The notes under the pieces: model-generated | What the model was told of the DNA's origin: nothing | The model's input: only the letters and a program-made list of their open reading frames with translations | Database searches by the model: none | Translations under genes and position numbers: made by a program | Assembly (NCBI GenBank): GCA_040905715.1 | Contig: JBBDRA010000004.1 | Coordinates: 1 to 40,662 of the forward strand | Reading direction: 5' to 3' | Source of the DNA: Minisyncoccota bacterium | Lineage (GTDB): Bacteria; Patescibacteriota; Minisyncoccia; Phycocordibacterales; CSBR16-193 | DNA: 40,662 nt | Shown here: one piece after another, positions 26,491 to 37,600 of the stretch | Layout of the letters: each line of letters starts with the position of its first letter | How positions within the stretch are numbered: the first letter of the stretch is position 1

Positions 26491-27216
26491 ATGACCGAAG
26501 GACACTACCACCCCATTACGCGAATGAACCGACAGATCAACGATATTTTTTTTGATCTTGGGTTTGAAGTAGTCGACGGTCCCGAGGTAGAGGACGAGTG
26601 GCATAATTTTGACGCACTCAATATTCCACCACACCATCCGGCGCGAGATATGTGGGATACGTTTTGGTTGAAAGGAGAAAATCCGCGCAAGCTTCTTCGC
26701 ACGCACACGTCACCGATCCAGATTCGGCACATGGAGGAGCATGGTGCACCGGTGCGTATTATTGCCCCGGGTAAGACATTTCGAAATGAAGCAACCGATG
26801 CGACCCATGAGGCGCAGTTTTACCAGGTTGAGGGTCTGCTTATTGCCCAAGACATAACAATGGCGCATCTGAAAACAACACTTACGACTTTCTTTCAAAA
26901 ACTTTTTCATGCGGATATTCACGCACGACTGCGACCGAGTTATTTCCCGTTTGTTGAGCCCGGCGTGGAAATGGATATATCGTGTTTTCTCTGCGAGAGC
27001 AAGGGGTGCCGGGTTTGTAAGCAGACCGGCTGGATCGAGGTTTTGGGTGCAGGAATGGTGCATCCGAATGTGCTCACAAATGTGGGACTCGATTCGGCGA
27101 AATGGCAAGGCTTTGCGTTCGGTGGAGGAACCGATCGATTTGCAATGCTTAAGTACGGTATTGATGATGTGCGTAAGTTGTATACGGGAGATCTGAGGGT
27201 GGTAAATCAATTTTAG
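26491..27216 (+). CDS. pheS: Phenylalanyl-tRNA synthetase alpha subunit, catalytic core only
   Basis: 241 aa from ATG 26491. Motifs: HPITRMNRQINDIFFDLGFEVVDGPEVE, HPARDMWDTFW, FRNEATDATHEAQFYQVEG, GAGMVHPNV, FAFGGGTDR. No N-terminal coiled-coil domain is encoded. Confidence 0.85.
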   Translation: MTEGHYHPITRMNRQINDIFFDLGFEVVDGPEVEDEWHNFDALNIPPHHPARDMWDTFWLKGENPRKLLRTHTSPIQIRHMEEHGAPVRIIAPGKTFRNEATDATHEAQFYQVEGLLIAQDITMAHLKTTLTTFFQKLFHADIHARLRPSYFPFVEPGVEMDISCFLCESKGCRVCKQTGWIEVLGAGMVHPNVLTNVGLDSAKWQGFAFGGGTDRFAMLKYGIDDVRKLYTGDLRVVNQF

Positions 27217-27218
27217 CT

Positions 27219-29507
27219 ATGTTGGTAAGTTACGACTGGATACAGGATTTTATACAGGAACCGCTTCCTCCTGCCGATGAGATCGCTCGTGAGTTGACGA
27301 TGCGCGCCTTTGAAGTAGAAGGTATTGAAAAGGTCGGCAAGAAATACCCGGGAGTCATTGTGGGGCACGTTGTTCGCATCGAAGAGCATCCGAACGCAGA
27401 CCGGCTTCGGCTTATTATTGTAGATCTGGGCGACAGCGAAGAGCACAGAATAGTTTGTGGAGCTTCTAACTTCAGTGAGGGTGCGCTGGTGCCGGTGGCA
27501 ACCATTGGAACGGTCCTACCGAATGGAATGGAGATCAAAGTGGCAACCATCCGCGACGTGGAGTCTCGTGGTATGATCTGCTCAAAGGCAGAGCTCGGAC
27601 TTGAGAAAGAGTCAGACGGTATTTGGGTGCTCGATTCAGATGCAGCCCCGGGCACGCTTTTCGATGAGGTCGTAGAAGGGGGAGAGGTGGAGACCGTGTT
27701 CGATATTGATGTGTTGCCGAACCGGGCGCACGACTGCCTCTCGCACCGCGGTATTGCTCGAGAGATCGCGGTGTTGTTCGGTCTTACCTTTACTGACTAT
27801 GAATCGGACCTCGAATTTTCGGAAAGGGAGCCTTCAGAAAAGCCGGAAACACTCTCGGTATTGATCGATGAGCCGGAACGTTGTCGTCGGTATGTCGGTG
27901 TTCATCTTGACGGTCTTGTTTGCAAGGAGTCTCCGGCGTGGCTTCAGGACAGGTTGCGTTCGATCGGGCTTCGCCCAAAGAATGCAGTTGTCGATGCTGC
28001 AAACTATATTATGTTTTCAACCGGCCAGCCGCTCCACGCATTTGATGCGGCAAAGCTTGGTCAAACAAGCGGTTCGCATATGATCCAAGTTCGTGCTGGC
28101 AGAAAAGAAGAGTCAATGCGGGCGCTCGACGGTAAAAAGTACGATCTCCCTGAAGAGTCGACGGTTATCGCCGATGCTTCAGCAGACGGTATCGCTCTCG
28201 CGCTCGGAGGTGTTATCGGGGGTGAAGACAGCGCTGTTTCCGATAAGACAACTGAGGTGATACTCGAAGCGGCGAACTTTGACCCTGTGTTGACTCGCAA
28301 GACCTCGCAGGCATTGAAGCTGGCGACAGACTCAAGCAAGCGCTTCGAGAACGAAATATCACCGGTGTTAGCTCCGATGGCAATGAATGCTCTCATTGTA
28401 CTTCTGAAGGATATAGCCGGAACTGACAACACAGCAGTACGCAGCGTTGTTGATAGGTACCCGGACCCTGTTCAGCAGCAGAGTGTGTCTGTTACAGCGG
28501 ATAAAGTAAACAGGCTTTTAGGAACTGAGGTCACAGAGAAAGATATTGTGGATGTATTAACTCGACTATCGTTTCAGGTTGAGAAGGGTAATGATGCACT
28601 TTCGGTAACACCGCCGCTCGATCGACTTGATGTCACCACGGTGCCCGACGTCATAGAGGAAGTGGGGCGCATCTATGGTTACGAAACGATCACAGAGGTC
28701 GCTCCTCCTTCCCGTGACGGAGACGTGCCGATACATGAGCGCTTTTACTGGCTTAACGTTATTCGCGATGAGCTTGTGAAGGTCGGATTCAGTGAAGTGA
28801 TGACGTACGCTCTTCGTAAAAAGGGCGAGCTTGAGATCGAGAATCCGCTTGCAGAAGATAAGGCGTTTGTCCGCAACACTCTTGTCGACGGTGTTGCGCA
28901 GGCCCTAGAGCACAATGAACGCTACACTGACCTGCTTGGTATCAGTGAGGTTGCGTTGTTCGAGATCGGTAATGTGTACCGTGATGAAGAGGAGCGCACG
29001 ATGCTTTCTTTGGCGGCATCCCCAACAAAACGGTCAGCTTACAAGACCCAAGAGATACTTGATCGAGCACGGGTTGCTCTGACCGATACGCTTGGCGTAG
29101 AGGTAGTGCTTCCTAAGGATGTGCCGGTTGTCGAGATCAACATCGACAAAATACTTGAGAAACTACCGGCACCTGGTACATACGATAATTTGACAGATCT
29201 TTCCGGAGATATTACCTATCTATCAAGTTCGGTCTATCCGTACATGTTGCGTGACGTAGCTCTCTGGGTACCAAAGTCGGTTAGTAAAAGTGATGTCGAA
29301 AAAGTGCTTCTCGAAGAAACCGGCAAGCTTTTAGTGAATCATTATCTATTTGATGAATATGAACCGGTAGAAGGGGGAGAGAAGTCGTATGCGTTTCGGT
29401 TCGTGTTCCAGTCTTTTGAAAAAACGCTCTCCGACGAAGAGGTGAACGTTATAATGGACAGTGTATATAAAGCACTTGATGCAAAGAAAGGGTGGAAAAC
29501 CAGGTAG
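27219..29507 (+). CDS. pheT: Phenylalanyl-tRNA synthetase beta subunit
   Basis: 762 aa. MLVSYDWIQDF, tRNA-binding domain HPNADRLRLIIVDLG, B3/4 and B5 regions, C-terminal FDEYEP...YAFRFVFQS. Confidence 0.9.
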   Translation: MLVSYDWIQDFIQEPLPPADEIARELTMRAFEVEGIEKVGKKYPGVIVGHVVRIEEHPNADRLRLIIVDLGDSEEHRIVCGASNFSEGALVPVATIGTVLPNGMEIKVATIRDVESRGMICSKAELGLEKESDGIWVLDSDAAPGTLFDEVVEGGEVETVFDIDVLPNRAHDCLSHRGIAREIAVLFGLTFTDYESDLEFSEREPSEKPETLSVLIDEPERCRRYVGVHLDGLVCKESPAWLQDRLRSIGLRPKNAVVDAANYIMFSTGQPLHAFDAAKLGQTSGSHMIQVRAGRKEESMRALDGKKYDLPEESTVIADASADGIALALGGVIGGEDSAVSDKTTEVILEAANFDPVLTRKTSQALKLATDSSKRFENEISPVLAPMAMNALIVLLKDIAGTDNTAVRSVVDRYPDPVQQQSVSVTADKVNRLLGTEVTEKDIVDVLTRLSFQVEKGNDALSVTPPLDRLDVTTVPDVIEEVGRIYGYETITEVAPPSRDGDVPIHERFYWLNVIRDELVKVGFSEVMTYALRKKGELEIENPLAEDKAFVRNTLVDGVAQALEHNERYTDLLGISEVALFEIGNVYRDEEERTMLSLAASPTKRSAYKTQEILDRARVALTDTLGVEVVLPKDVPVVEINIDKILEKLPAPGTYDNLTDLSGDITYLSSSVYPYMLRDVALWVPKSVSKSDVEKVLLEETGKLLVNHYLFDEYEPVEGGEKSYAFRFVFQSFEKTLSDEEVNVIMDSVYKALDAKKGWKTR

Positions 29508-29527
29508 TGAATGTTAGGTATAGAAAA

Positions 29528-29560
29528 ACCCGTCGCGTATGCATCGCGCGGCGGGTTTTG
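29528..29560. terminator. Bidirectional terminator (pheT and the convergent small gene)
   Basis: AAAAA-ACCCGTCGCG-loop-CGCGGCGGGT-TTTG; 10-bp stem with one G-U pair. Confidence 0.6.
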
Positions 29561-29581
29561 TGCTGGGGGCAAGCGGGACGT

Positions 29582-29827
29582 TTAGTCGTCCTCATCCTCG
29601 CGCTCGTCGCGCTGATCGAGCATCTGTTCGATCAGCCGGGCGCCGGAATCATCGCATTCATCCGGCTCGAGATCATCAATCCCTCGGATCGGACGAGTGG
29701 ATCTGCCGCCGGTTCTCAGGTCGTGCGGTCGTCTGCCGCCAGGGCAGCATTTGAGCGACATCGAGCTGAGCACGTCGCAATCCCGTTCTGCCAAATCGTG
29801 AAATGAACCAGTAACCTGTCTGCACAT
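29582..29827 (-). CDS. Small Cys-containing protein with acidic C-terminus, unknown function
   Basis: 81 aa. GAGGG sits 7 nt upstream of the ATG. It has its own consensus promoter and terminator. The segment is visibly GC-richer than its neighbours. Five Cys, including a CC pair; tail QRDEREDEDD. Confidence 0.55.
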   Translation of the reverse strand: MCRQVTGSFHDLAERDCDVLSSMSLKCCPGGRRPHDLRTGGRSTRPIRGIDDLEPDECDDSGARLIEQMLDQRDEREDEDD

Positions 29828-29890
29828 GATAAAACCCTCAAAAAGGTGCCACTACGTAGATCACATCCATACGACCTACAACTGTCAATG

Positions 29891-29918
29891 ATTATAGACA
29901 CTTATCAAGCGGTGTCAA
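29891..29918 (-). promoter_or_regulatory. Consensus sigma70-type promoter: TTGACA, 16-nt spacer, TATAAT
   Basis: The reverse complement of 29891-29918 reads TTGACA CCGCTTGATAAGTGTC TATAAT. It lies about 57 nt upstream of the small ORF. Confidence 0.55.
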
Positions 29919-29935
29919 GAAGCTTATGTCAATAC

Positions 29936-29944
29936 TGTGGATAA
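29936..29944 (-). promoter_or_regulatory. Perfect DnaA-box 9-mer in the gyrB upstream region
   Basis: TGTGGATAA read directly. Confidence 0.35.
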
Positions 29945-29988
29945 TCCTTAAAATACCGCTACGTTTACGTTGTTTTTAGGTGGCTGTG

Positions 29989-29997
29989 TGATATAAT
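29989..29997 (+). promoter_or_regulatory. Extended -10 (TGaTATAAT) for gyrB
   Basis: Read directly. It is embedded in the imperfect inverted repeat GCTGTGTGAT...ATCACAGC. The ATG is 48 nt downstream. Confidence 0.45.
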
Positions 29998-30027
29998 GGA
30001 TGTACAAATCACAGCGATCATATCTGA

Positions 30028-32175
<2,148 letters not shown>

Positions 32176-32213
32176 GAGCGGTCAAAACGCGCGACTCTTC
32201 CAAAGCCAAATAA

Positions 32214-32253
32214 AAAATAAACACTAAAGACTGCAGTCTTTAGTGTTTATTTT
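32214..32253. terminator. 40-nt perfect palindrome (A-tract/T-tract flanked): bidirectional terminator and repeat-family member
   Basis: AAAATAAACACTAAAGACTG/CAGTCTTTAGTGTTTATTTT, checked base by base. Confidence 0.65.
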
Positions 32254-32268
32254 AATGAAAATGATGTT

Positions 32269-32298
32269 AAAAACCGATCTTGCGGTGATCGGTTTTTT
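32269..32298. terminator. Second bidirectional terminator between gyrB and thrS
   Basis: AAAAA-CCGATC-TTGCGGT-GATCGG-TTTTTT. Confidence 0.65.
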
Positions 32299-32309
32299 AG
32301 TTATGTTGT

Positions 32310-34064
32310 TTAGCCAATTTTCTCAACAAGTTCCGGTATATGCATTGCTCCCAGATCGCCGTCGTCTCGGCTTTCAGCACTTACAGTTTCGTTTTCTTTT
32401 TCTTTATCACCGACGACAAGTAGATACGGGATCTTTTCTTTTTTGGCATTTCGGATGCGCTTGCCGAGCGATTCGTTGCTATCGTCAACATCAACACGAA
32501 CGTTGCTTTGTTCAAGTGATGTTCCAACTGTCTTGGCGTACTCGCCATGCGCCTCGCTGTTAACCGGAATGACTCGTGTTTGTACCGGTGCAAGCCAGGT
32601 AGGGAAGGCGCCGGCAAAGTGTTCGATGATAACTGAGAGAAAACGCTCGAGCGATCCGGCGATCGCGCGATGGATCATAACCGGTGTCTTTTTGCTACCG
32701 TCCTCGGCAGTGTACTCAAGCTCAAATCGGCCCGGCATAACAAAATCAAGTTGAATGGTTGCGAGCTGCCACTCGCGTCCGATGGCGTCCTTGAACATAA
32801 AATCAAGTTTAGGACCGTAGAATGCCGCTTCACCTTCCTCAACAACGTACGGCAGCCCTCGTTTCTCGGCAATAGTTTTGAGGGTCTGTTCGGCTTCGTC
32901 CCATCGGGTAGGATCACCGAGATATTCATCGGGAGTCTTTGGGTCACGAACAGAGAGAAATACACGGTAGTTGCCTTCAGAATACATATCAAGTGACGTG
33001 TAGAATTGTTTAATGACATCGGCTATGTTGTCGATCTCACTCTCTACTTGTTCCGGAGTACAAAAGACGTGACCATCATCCTGGGTGAGGGAACGAACAC
33101 GTGATAAGCCGAGGAGCTCACCTGTTTGCTCATCACGGTAATTGGTCGTAGCTTCAGTAAAGCGTACAGGAAGGTCGCGATAGCTTTTAGCGCTACTGGC
33201 GTAGATCTGGGTGTGGTGCGGGCAGTTCATCGGCTTCATGACAAATTCAGATTCCTTGCCGTATACTTTAAATAATTCATCGCCGAACTTCTCCCAGTGA
33301 CCGCTGGTCTTGTAGAGTTCCGGCTTGGTGATGTGCGGTATCCAGACGTTCTGGTAACCATATGGCTTTTGGATCGCGTAGATCTTATCAATGATCGCGT
33401 TGCGCATTGTCGCTCCTTTTGGCGTAAAGAGGGGGAGTCCGGGTCCGACAAGATCGGAAAATGTAAAAAGGTTGAGTTCCTTCCCGAGTTTTCTGTGGTC
33501 TCGTTTCGCAGCTTCTTCAAGTTGCTTGAGATGGTCGGTGATTTCTTGTTTGGTATGAAAAGCAAGACCGTAAATGCGGGTGAGCATTTGGTTGTTCTCA
33601 TCGCCACGCCAGTAGGCGCCGGCAACCGAGGAAAGCTTGAAGGCTCGTGGGTCTATATTGGCTGCGCTTTCGACGTGTCCGCCACGGCATAGGTCAGTAA
33701 AGGTGCCTGAAGTATAGAAGGTGATCTTCTCTTTTGCGTCTGATATTTCGTCTATAAGTTCGAGTTTGTAAGGGTTGTTCTGGAAGCGCTCCTTGGCTTC
33801 TTCAACAGATACTTCTACGCCGTCGAAACTGTCCCAGGACTTGAGCACCTCCCGCATTTTCTCCTCGATCTTCGGGAGATCGTCTTCTGAGACCTGTTCG
33901 CCGTCGGCAAAATCGAAGTCATAATAAAAACCCGTTTCGGTGGCCGGTCCGATCGTTGGTTTGGCGTGTGGGTATAGTTCGATCACTGCGGCAGCGAGGG
34001 CGTGTGCGAGCGAGTGCCGAATATACTGGATATCTTCCTGTTGGTTATCGTGACTGTCTGACAT
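32310..34064 (-). CDS. thrS: Threonyl-tRNA synthetase lacking the N-terminal TGS domain
   Basis: 584 aa. Starts directly at the editing domain (IRHSLAHALAAAV, CRGGH). Also RDHRKLG, MNCPHH, GLSRVRSLTQDDGH, HRAIAGSLERF. Confidence 0.92.
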   Translation of the reverse strand: MSDSHDNQQEDIQYIRHSLAHALAAAVIELYPHAKPTIGPATETGFYYDFDFADGEQVSEDDLPKIEEKMREVLKSWDSFDGVEVSVEEAKERFQNNPYKLELIDEISDAKEKITFYTSGTFTDLCRGGHVESAANIDPRAFKLSSVAGAYWRGDENNQMLTRIYGLAFHTKQEITDHLKQLEEAAKRDHRKLGKELNLFTFSDLVGPGLPLFTPKGATMRNAIIDKIYAIQKPYGYQNVWIPHITKPELYKTSGHWEKFGDELFKVYGKESEFVMKPMNCPHHTQIYASSAKSYRDLPVRFTEATTNYRDEQTGELLGLSRVRSLTQDDGHVFCTPEQVESEIDNIADVIKQFYTSLDMYSEGNYRVFLSVRDPKTPDEYLGDPTRWDEAEQTLKTIAEKRGLPYVVEEGEAAFYGPKLDFMFKDAIGREWQLATIQLDFVMPGRFELEYTAEDGSKKTPVMIHRAIAGSLERFLSVIIEHFAGAFPTWLAPVQTRVIPVNSEAHGEYAKTVGTSLEQSNVRVDVDDSNESLGKRIRNAKKEKIPYLLVVGDKEKENETVSAESRDDGDLGAMHIPELVEKIG

Positions 34065-34182
34065 ATGAGAAAAGTATAGCGGATAGAGTGCATTCGCGCA
34101 AAGCAGGTCGGCAAAAGATGCTCGTAAACAAGGTTACAAATGAAAACGCACAAAGTTATACCCATACAGTGCGTGAACCTCG

Positions 34183-34191
34183 TGGTATAAT
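34183..34191 (+). promoter_or_regulatory. Extended -10 (TGgTATAAT) upstream of the orphan ORF
   Basis: Read directly, about 92 nt upstream of ATG 34283. Confidence 0.4.
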
Positions 34192-34282
34192 ACGTTTTTA
34201 GGAATGCTCCGTATAAATTACTAACAAACCACGTTACGATCATCTTTTTCGTGTTACCTCTTTGACAGGAAGGTGGGTGCGC

Positions 34283-34564
34283 ATGACTCACTCAGAGATC
34301 CATGTCTGTCTCGAGCAGGTCATTTCTACAGATCCTTATTTGCAAAGGGAGCTCAGCGCCCAGCGTAAATGTCGTGGTGTCGGAAAAAAAGACGGTGATG
34401 AGATCGACGACCGAGAACTTCTTGGTGTATGGGACACATGCTCCTGGAGGTGTGCGGAACTCATTGCCAGGAATTTGAGACCCCAGCTTCCTGTTGAAGA
34501 TATTCACCGCGATATCGTCGAATGGCGTAATTACTCATTCGAGCATATGGTCAGTCGTACGTGA
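34283..34564 (+). CDS. Orphan small protein (4 Cys), unknown function
   Basis: 93 aa from ATG 34283 (the ORF opens at TTG 34262). SD-like AGGAAGGTGG lies upstream, and a canonical terminator lies 30 nt downstream. TGA stop. Confidence 0.5.
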   Translation: MTHSEIHVCLEQVISTDPYLQRELSAQRKCRGVGKKDGDEIDDRELLGVWDTCSWRCAELIARNLRPQLPVEDIHRDIVEWRNYSFEHMVSRT

Positions 34565-34594
34565 ATTCGCACTATCTGAAAAGGATGATCTCAC

Positions 34595-34622
34595 AGCCGC
34601 AATGGTGCGGCTTTTCTTTTTT
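34595..34622 (+). terminator. Rho-independent terminator of the orphan ORF
   Basis: AGCCGCA-ATGG-TGCGGCT followed by TTTCTTTTTT. Confidence 0.65.
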
Positions 34623-34668
34623 CAGTACCGGACTCTTCCTTGGTCTTTAGTAGTTTCTAGCTCTGATC

Positions 34669-37600
34669 TTAGCTCGGAACTTCTTGGGGTATCGCACTTT
34701 CTTCGGCTTCTTCTTCCTTGTCTTTTGTGCGAAGTCGCTTTGCTTTATCTATTGCGATACTTGTCACACTGTCCCTTTTGGTAATGGTTCCTTTGATCAC
34801 TACACAGGTGTCAGGCTCTAGTTTGTCTCGAAGTTTCTCATACACGGAAGGGAAGGCGACCGCCTCTATGCTTCCGGTATAGTCACCTAGCTTGATGAAG
34901 GCCATGCGATCACCCTTTTTTGTAAATATTTCCTTTTTCTCTTCGATCAGTGCTCCCAGGATCACAGTTTCTTTTTTGACACCGCTTTCGATAATATCAG
35001 CGATGGAGGCTTTCTGTTTCTCAAGTTTATCTTTGAAGGAATCAAGAGGGTGACCGGAGATGTACAAACCGATCAGTTCTTTTTCCCAGGTCAATTGCTC
35101 TTGGAAGTCTGCCGGTTCGCTTTCTTCCAGCGTAAGACGGGGAACGCTTGCTTGGTCGCTCATTAAACCAAAAAGTGAATCTTGCCCTTCCGGCTGGTCC
35201 GAGGCTTCTTTGTGATATTTCAATAGATAATCAATGTTGGCTAGCATTTGGCCTCGTTCGCCGAGCTTATCAAGCGCACCGGCCTTAATAAGTGAATCGA
35301 GTGTTTTGCGGTTGAGGTTGCGGTCTTCAACGCGAGTGAGAAAGTCGGCAAGGGTTTCGAATTTGCCGCCTCGTTTGCGCTCAGCAATGATGGCATCCGA
35401 AATACCTTCGCCTACATTTTTGACCGTATAGAGTCCGAAGCGGATCTTCTCTCCGCCGGCTTTGTCCGTAACAACGGTAAAGTCACCGTAACTTTCATTA
35501 ATATCCGGAGGAAGTACTTCAAGACCCATCCGTGAACATTCAGCCACAATTGCAGCGATCTTTTCGGTGTCGCCTGATTCAGCGGTCATAACTGCTGACA
35601 TGAAGGCGGCCGGGTAGTTGGCTTTCATGTAGCCGGTCTGGTAGGCAACGCGGCCGTAACTGGCGGCGTGAGCTTTGTTAAAGCCGTAGCCAGCGAACGG
35701 TCCGATCAACTCCCAGAGTTTGTTTGCCTTCTTTTCGTCTAAGCCGTTCGCGAGAAGACCTTTCATCAATTTTTCACGCTGGGCTTCCATTTCCTCCGGA
35801 ATCTTCTTACCCATCGCTTTACGCAGTTTGTCCGCCTCAAGCCAGGAGTATCCACCCAGTTTGATGGCGATCATAAGCACGTCGTCCTGGTAGGTGATCA
35901 CTCCGTATGACTGGTCAAGAATATCTTTTAACCGCGGGTCGAGATAGGTAACCTTTTTTGGGTTATGCTTTCGCTCGATGTAGCTTGGAATAGATTCCAT
36001 CGGACCCGGACGGTACAGCGCAACCATAGCGTTGATGTCGTGAATAGTCGATGGCTTGAGTTCCATGAGGTATTGGGTCATCTGCTCCCCGTTGAGCTGG
36101 AAGAGTCCAATAGTCTCTCCTTTGGCAACGAGATCAAATGTTTTAGGGTCATCAAGCGGAATGTTCTCAATATCTATATCGATATTGTAAAGGTCTTTCA
36201 CGCGATGAACGGCGTTCGATAGGATAGCGAGGTTGCGGATACCCAGGAAGTCGAATTTCACCAGGCCGGCATCTTCTACTTCATGCATATCGAACTGAGT
36301 GATCAGCTTACCTCCCTTTGGGTCGTACTGAAGCGGGGTGTAGTCGGTGAGAGGCTTGGGTGAGATCACCACGCCGGCAGCGTGGACCGAAATGTGGCGG
36401 GCACAGCCTTCGATCTTTTGCGCCATATCAAGAATCTCTTTTGCCTCGGTGTCATTGGTGTACATTCTTTTAAGATCCGGTTCTTGTTCGAGTGCCTTTT
36501 GAATAGTCATCGGGAAACCTTGGGCACCGAAAGGGATCAGTTTGGAGATCTCGTCTCCTTTTGAATAAGGGAAGCCAAGCGCACGAGCGACATCACGCAC
36601 CGCACCGCGCGCCATCATCGTACCGAAGGTACCGATCTGGGCGACTTTATCGATCCCGTACTTTTCTCGAGCATAGTCCAGGATCTCGTCGCGACGATCA
36701 TCAGCAAAGTCCATATCGATATCCGGCGCTTTTGGACGCTCCGGGTTCAGGAATCGCTCGAAAGGAAGTTTATAAGCGAGCGGGTCTACATTGGTGATAC
36801 CGAGCAGGTAGGTTGTAAGGGAGCCGGCAACAGATCCGCGAATAGTGGTGTGAATACCTCGTTCGTGTGCTTCGCGTAAAAGATCGCCCACGATCAGGAA
36901 GTATACCGAGTACCCTTTGTCAGCAATAACTTTGAGCTCGTACTCAAGTCGATCTACCACTTCATTTGTTTGTTTGAGTTCACGGCGAGGAATCCCGGCG
37001 TAGGCCTGGTCCTTGAGCTCTTCGTCGTATGGTTTGCCGCTTTTCGTTTCAAATTCCGGGAAGACCCAGCCGCCTAACTCGAGGTCGAGGTTGCATTTAT
37101 CGACTATTTTCTGGGTATTTTCAACGGCGTCCGGCAGGTCGGCAAAACGCTTCTTGATCTCGGCTTGTGAGAGAAAGGAGAAATCATCTTCTTCTTCATC
37201 GAACCCGACTTGACCTCCGGTTCCCGATGACTGGACCGCAAGCAGTGTCTCGCGAGCCCGGCGATCGTCAGGCTTGAGGTAATACACGTCATGGGCGGCA
37301 ACGATCGGTGTGTTCGTCTCGCGTGCGAGTTTGACCAGCTGGTCCATTTTCTCGTCGTGACCTGAAAGTTCCGGATGCTTGGAGATCTCGATATAAAAAT
37401 CATCACCGAATATCTTGGTGTACCACTCGATCAACCCTTTTGCTTTTTGTGTGTCGCCATGCTCAAGCGCCTTAGCTATGTCACCTGAGAAAGACGGGGA
37501 GATGCAGACCAGATCCTTGTGGTACTTCTCGATCAATTCATAGTCGATGCGAGGTTTATAGTAAAAGCCTTCCAGAAATGAGTCGGTTACAAGCTTTACG

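Noticed and set aside
26365-26706. 114-aa upstream extension of the transposase ORF
   Set aside because: It merely translates the 29-nt palindrome (LCNTGCCIG) and the antisense of the pheS 5-prime end. Conserved RAYT sequence starts at MAIREVPLATHEFYHVYQRG.
29561-29830. GC-rich segment as a structured ncRNA (tmRNA, SRP RNA, RNase P RNA or 6S)
   Set aside because: None of the conserved motifs I can recall for these RNAs are present. The minus-strand ORF with its SD, start, consensus promoter and terminator explains the segment better.
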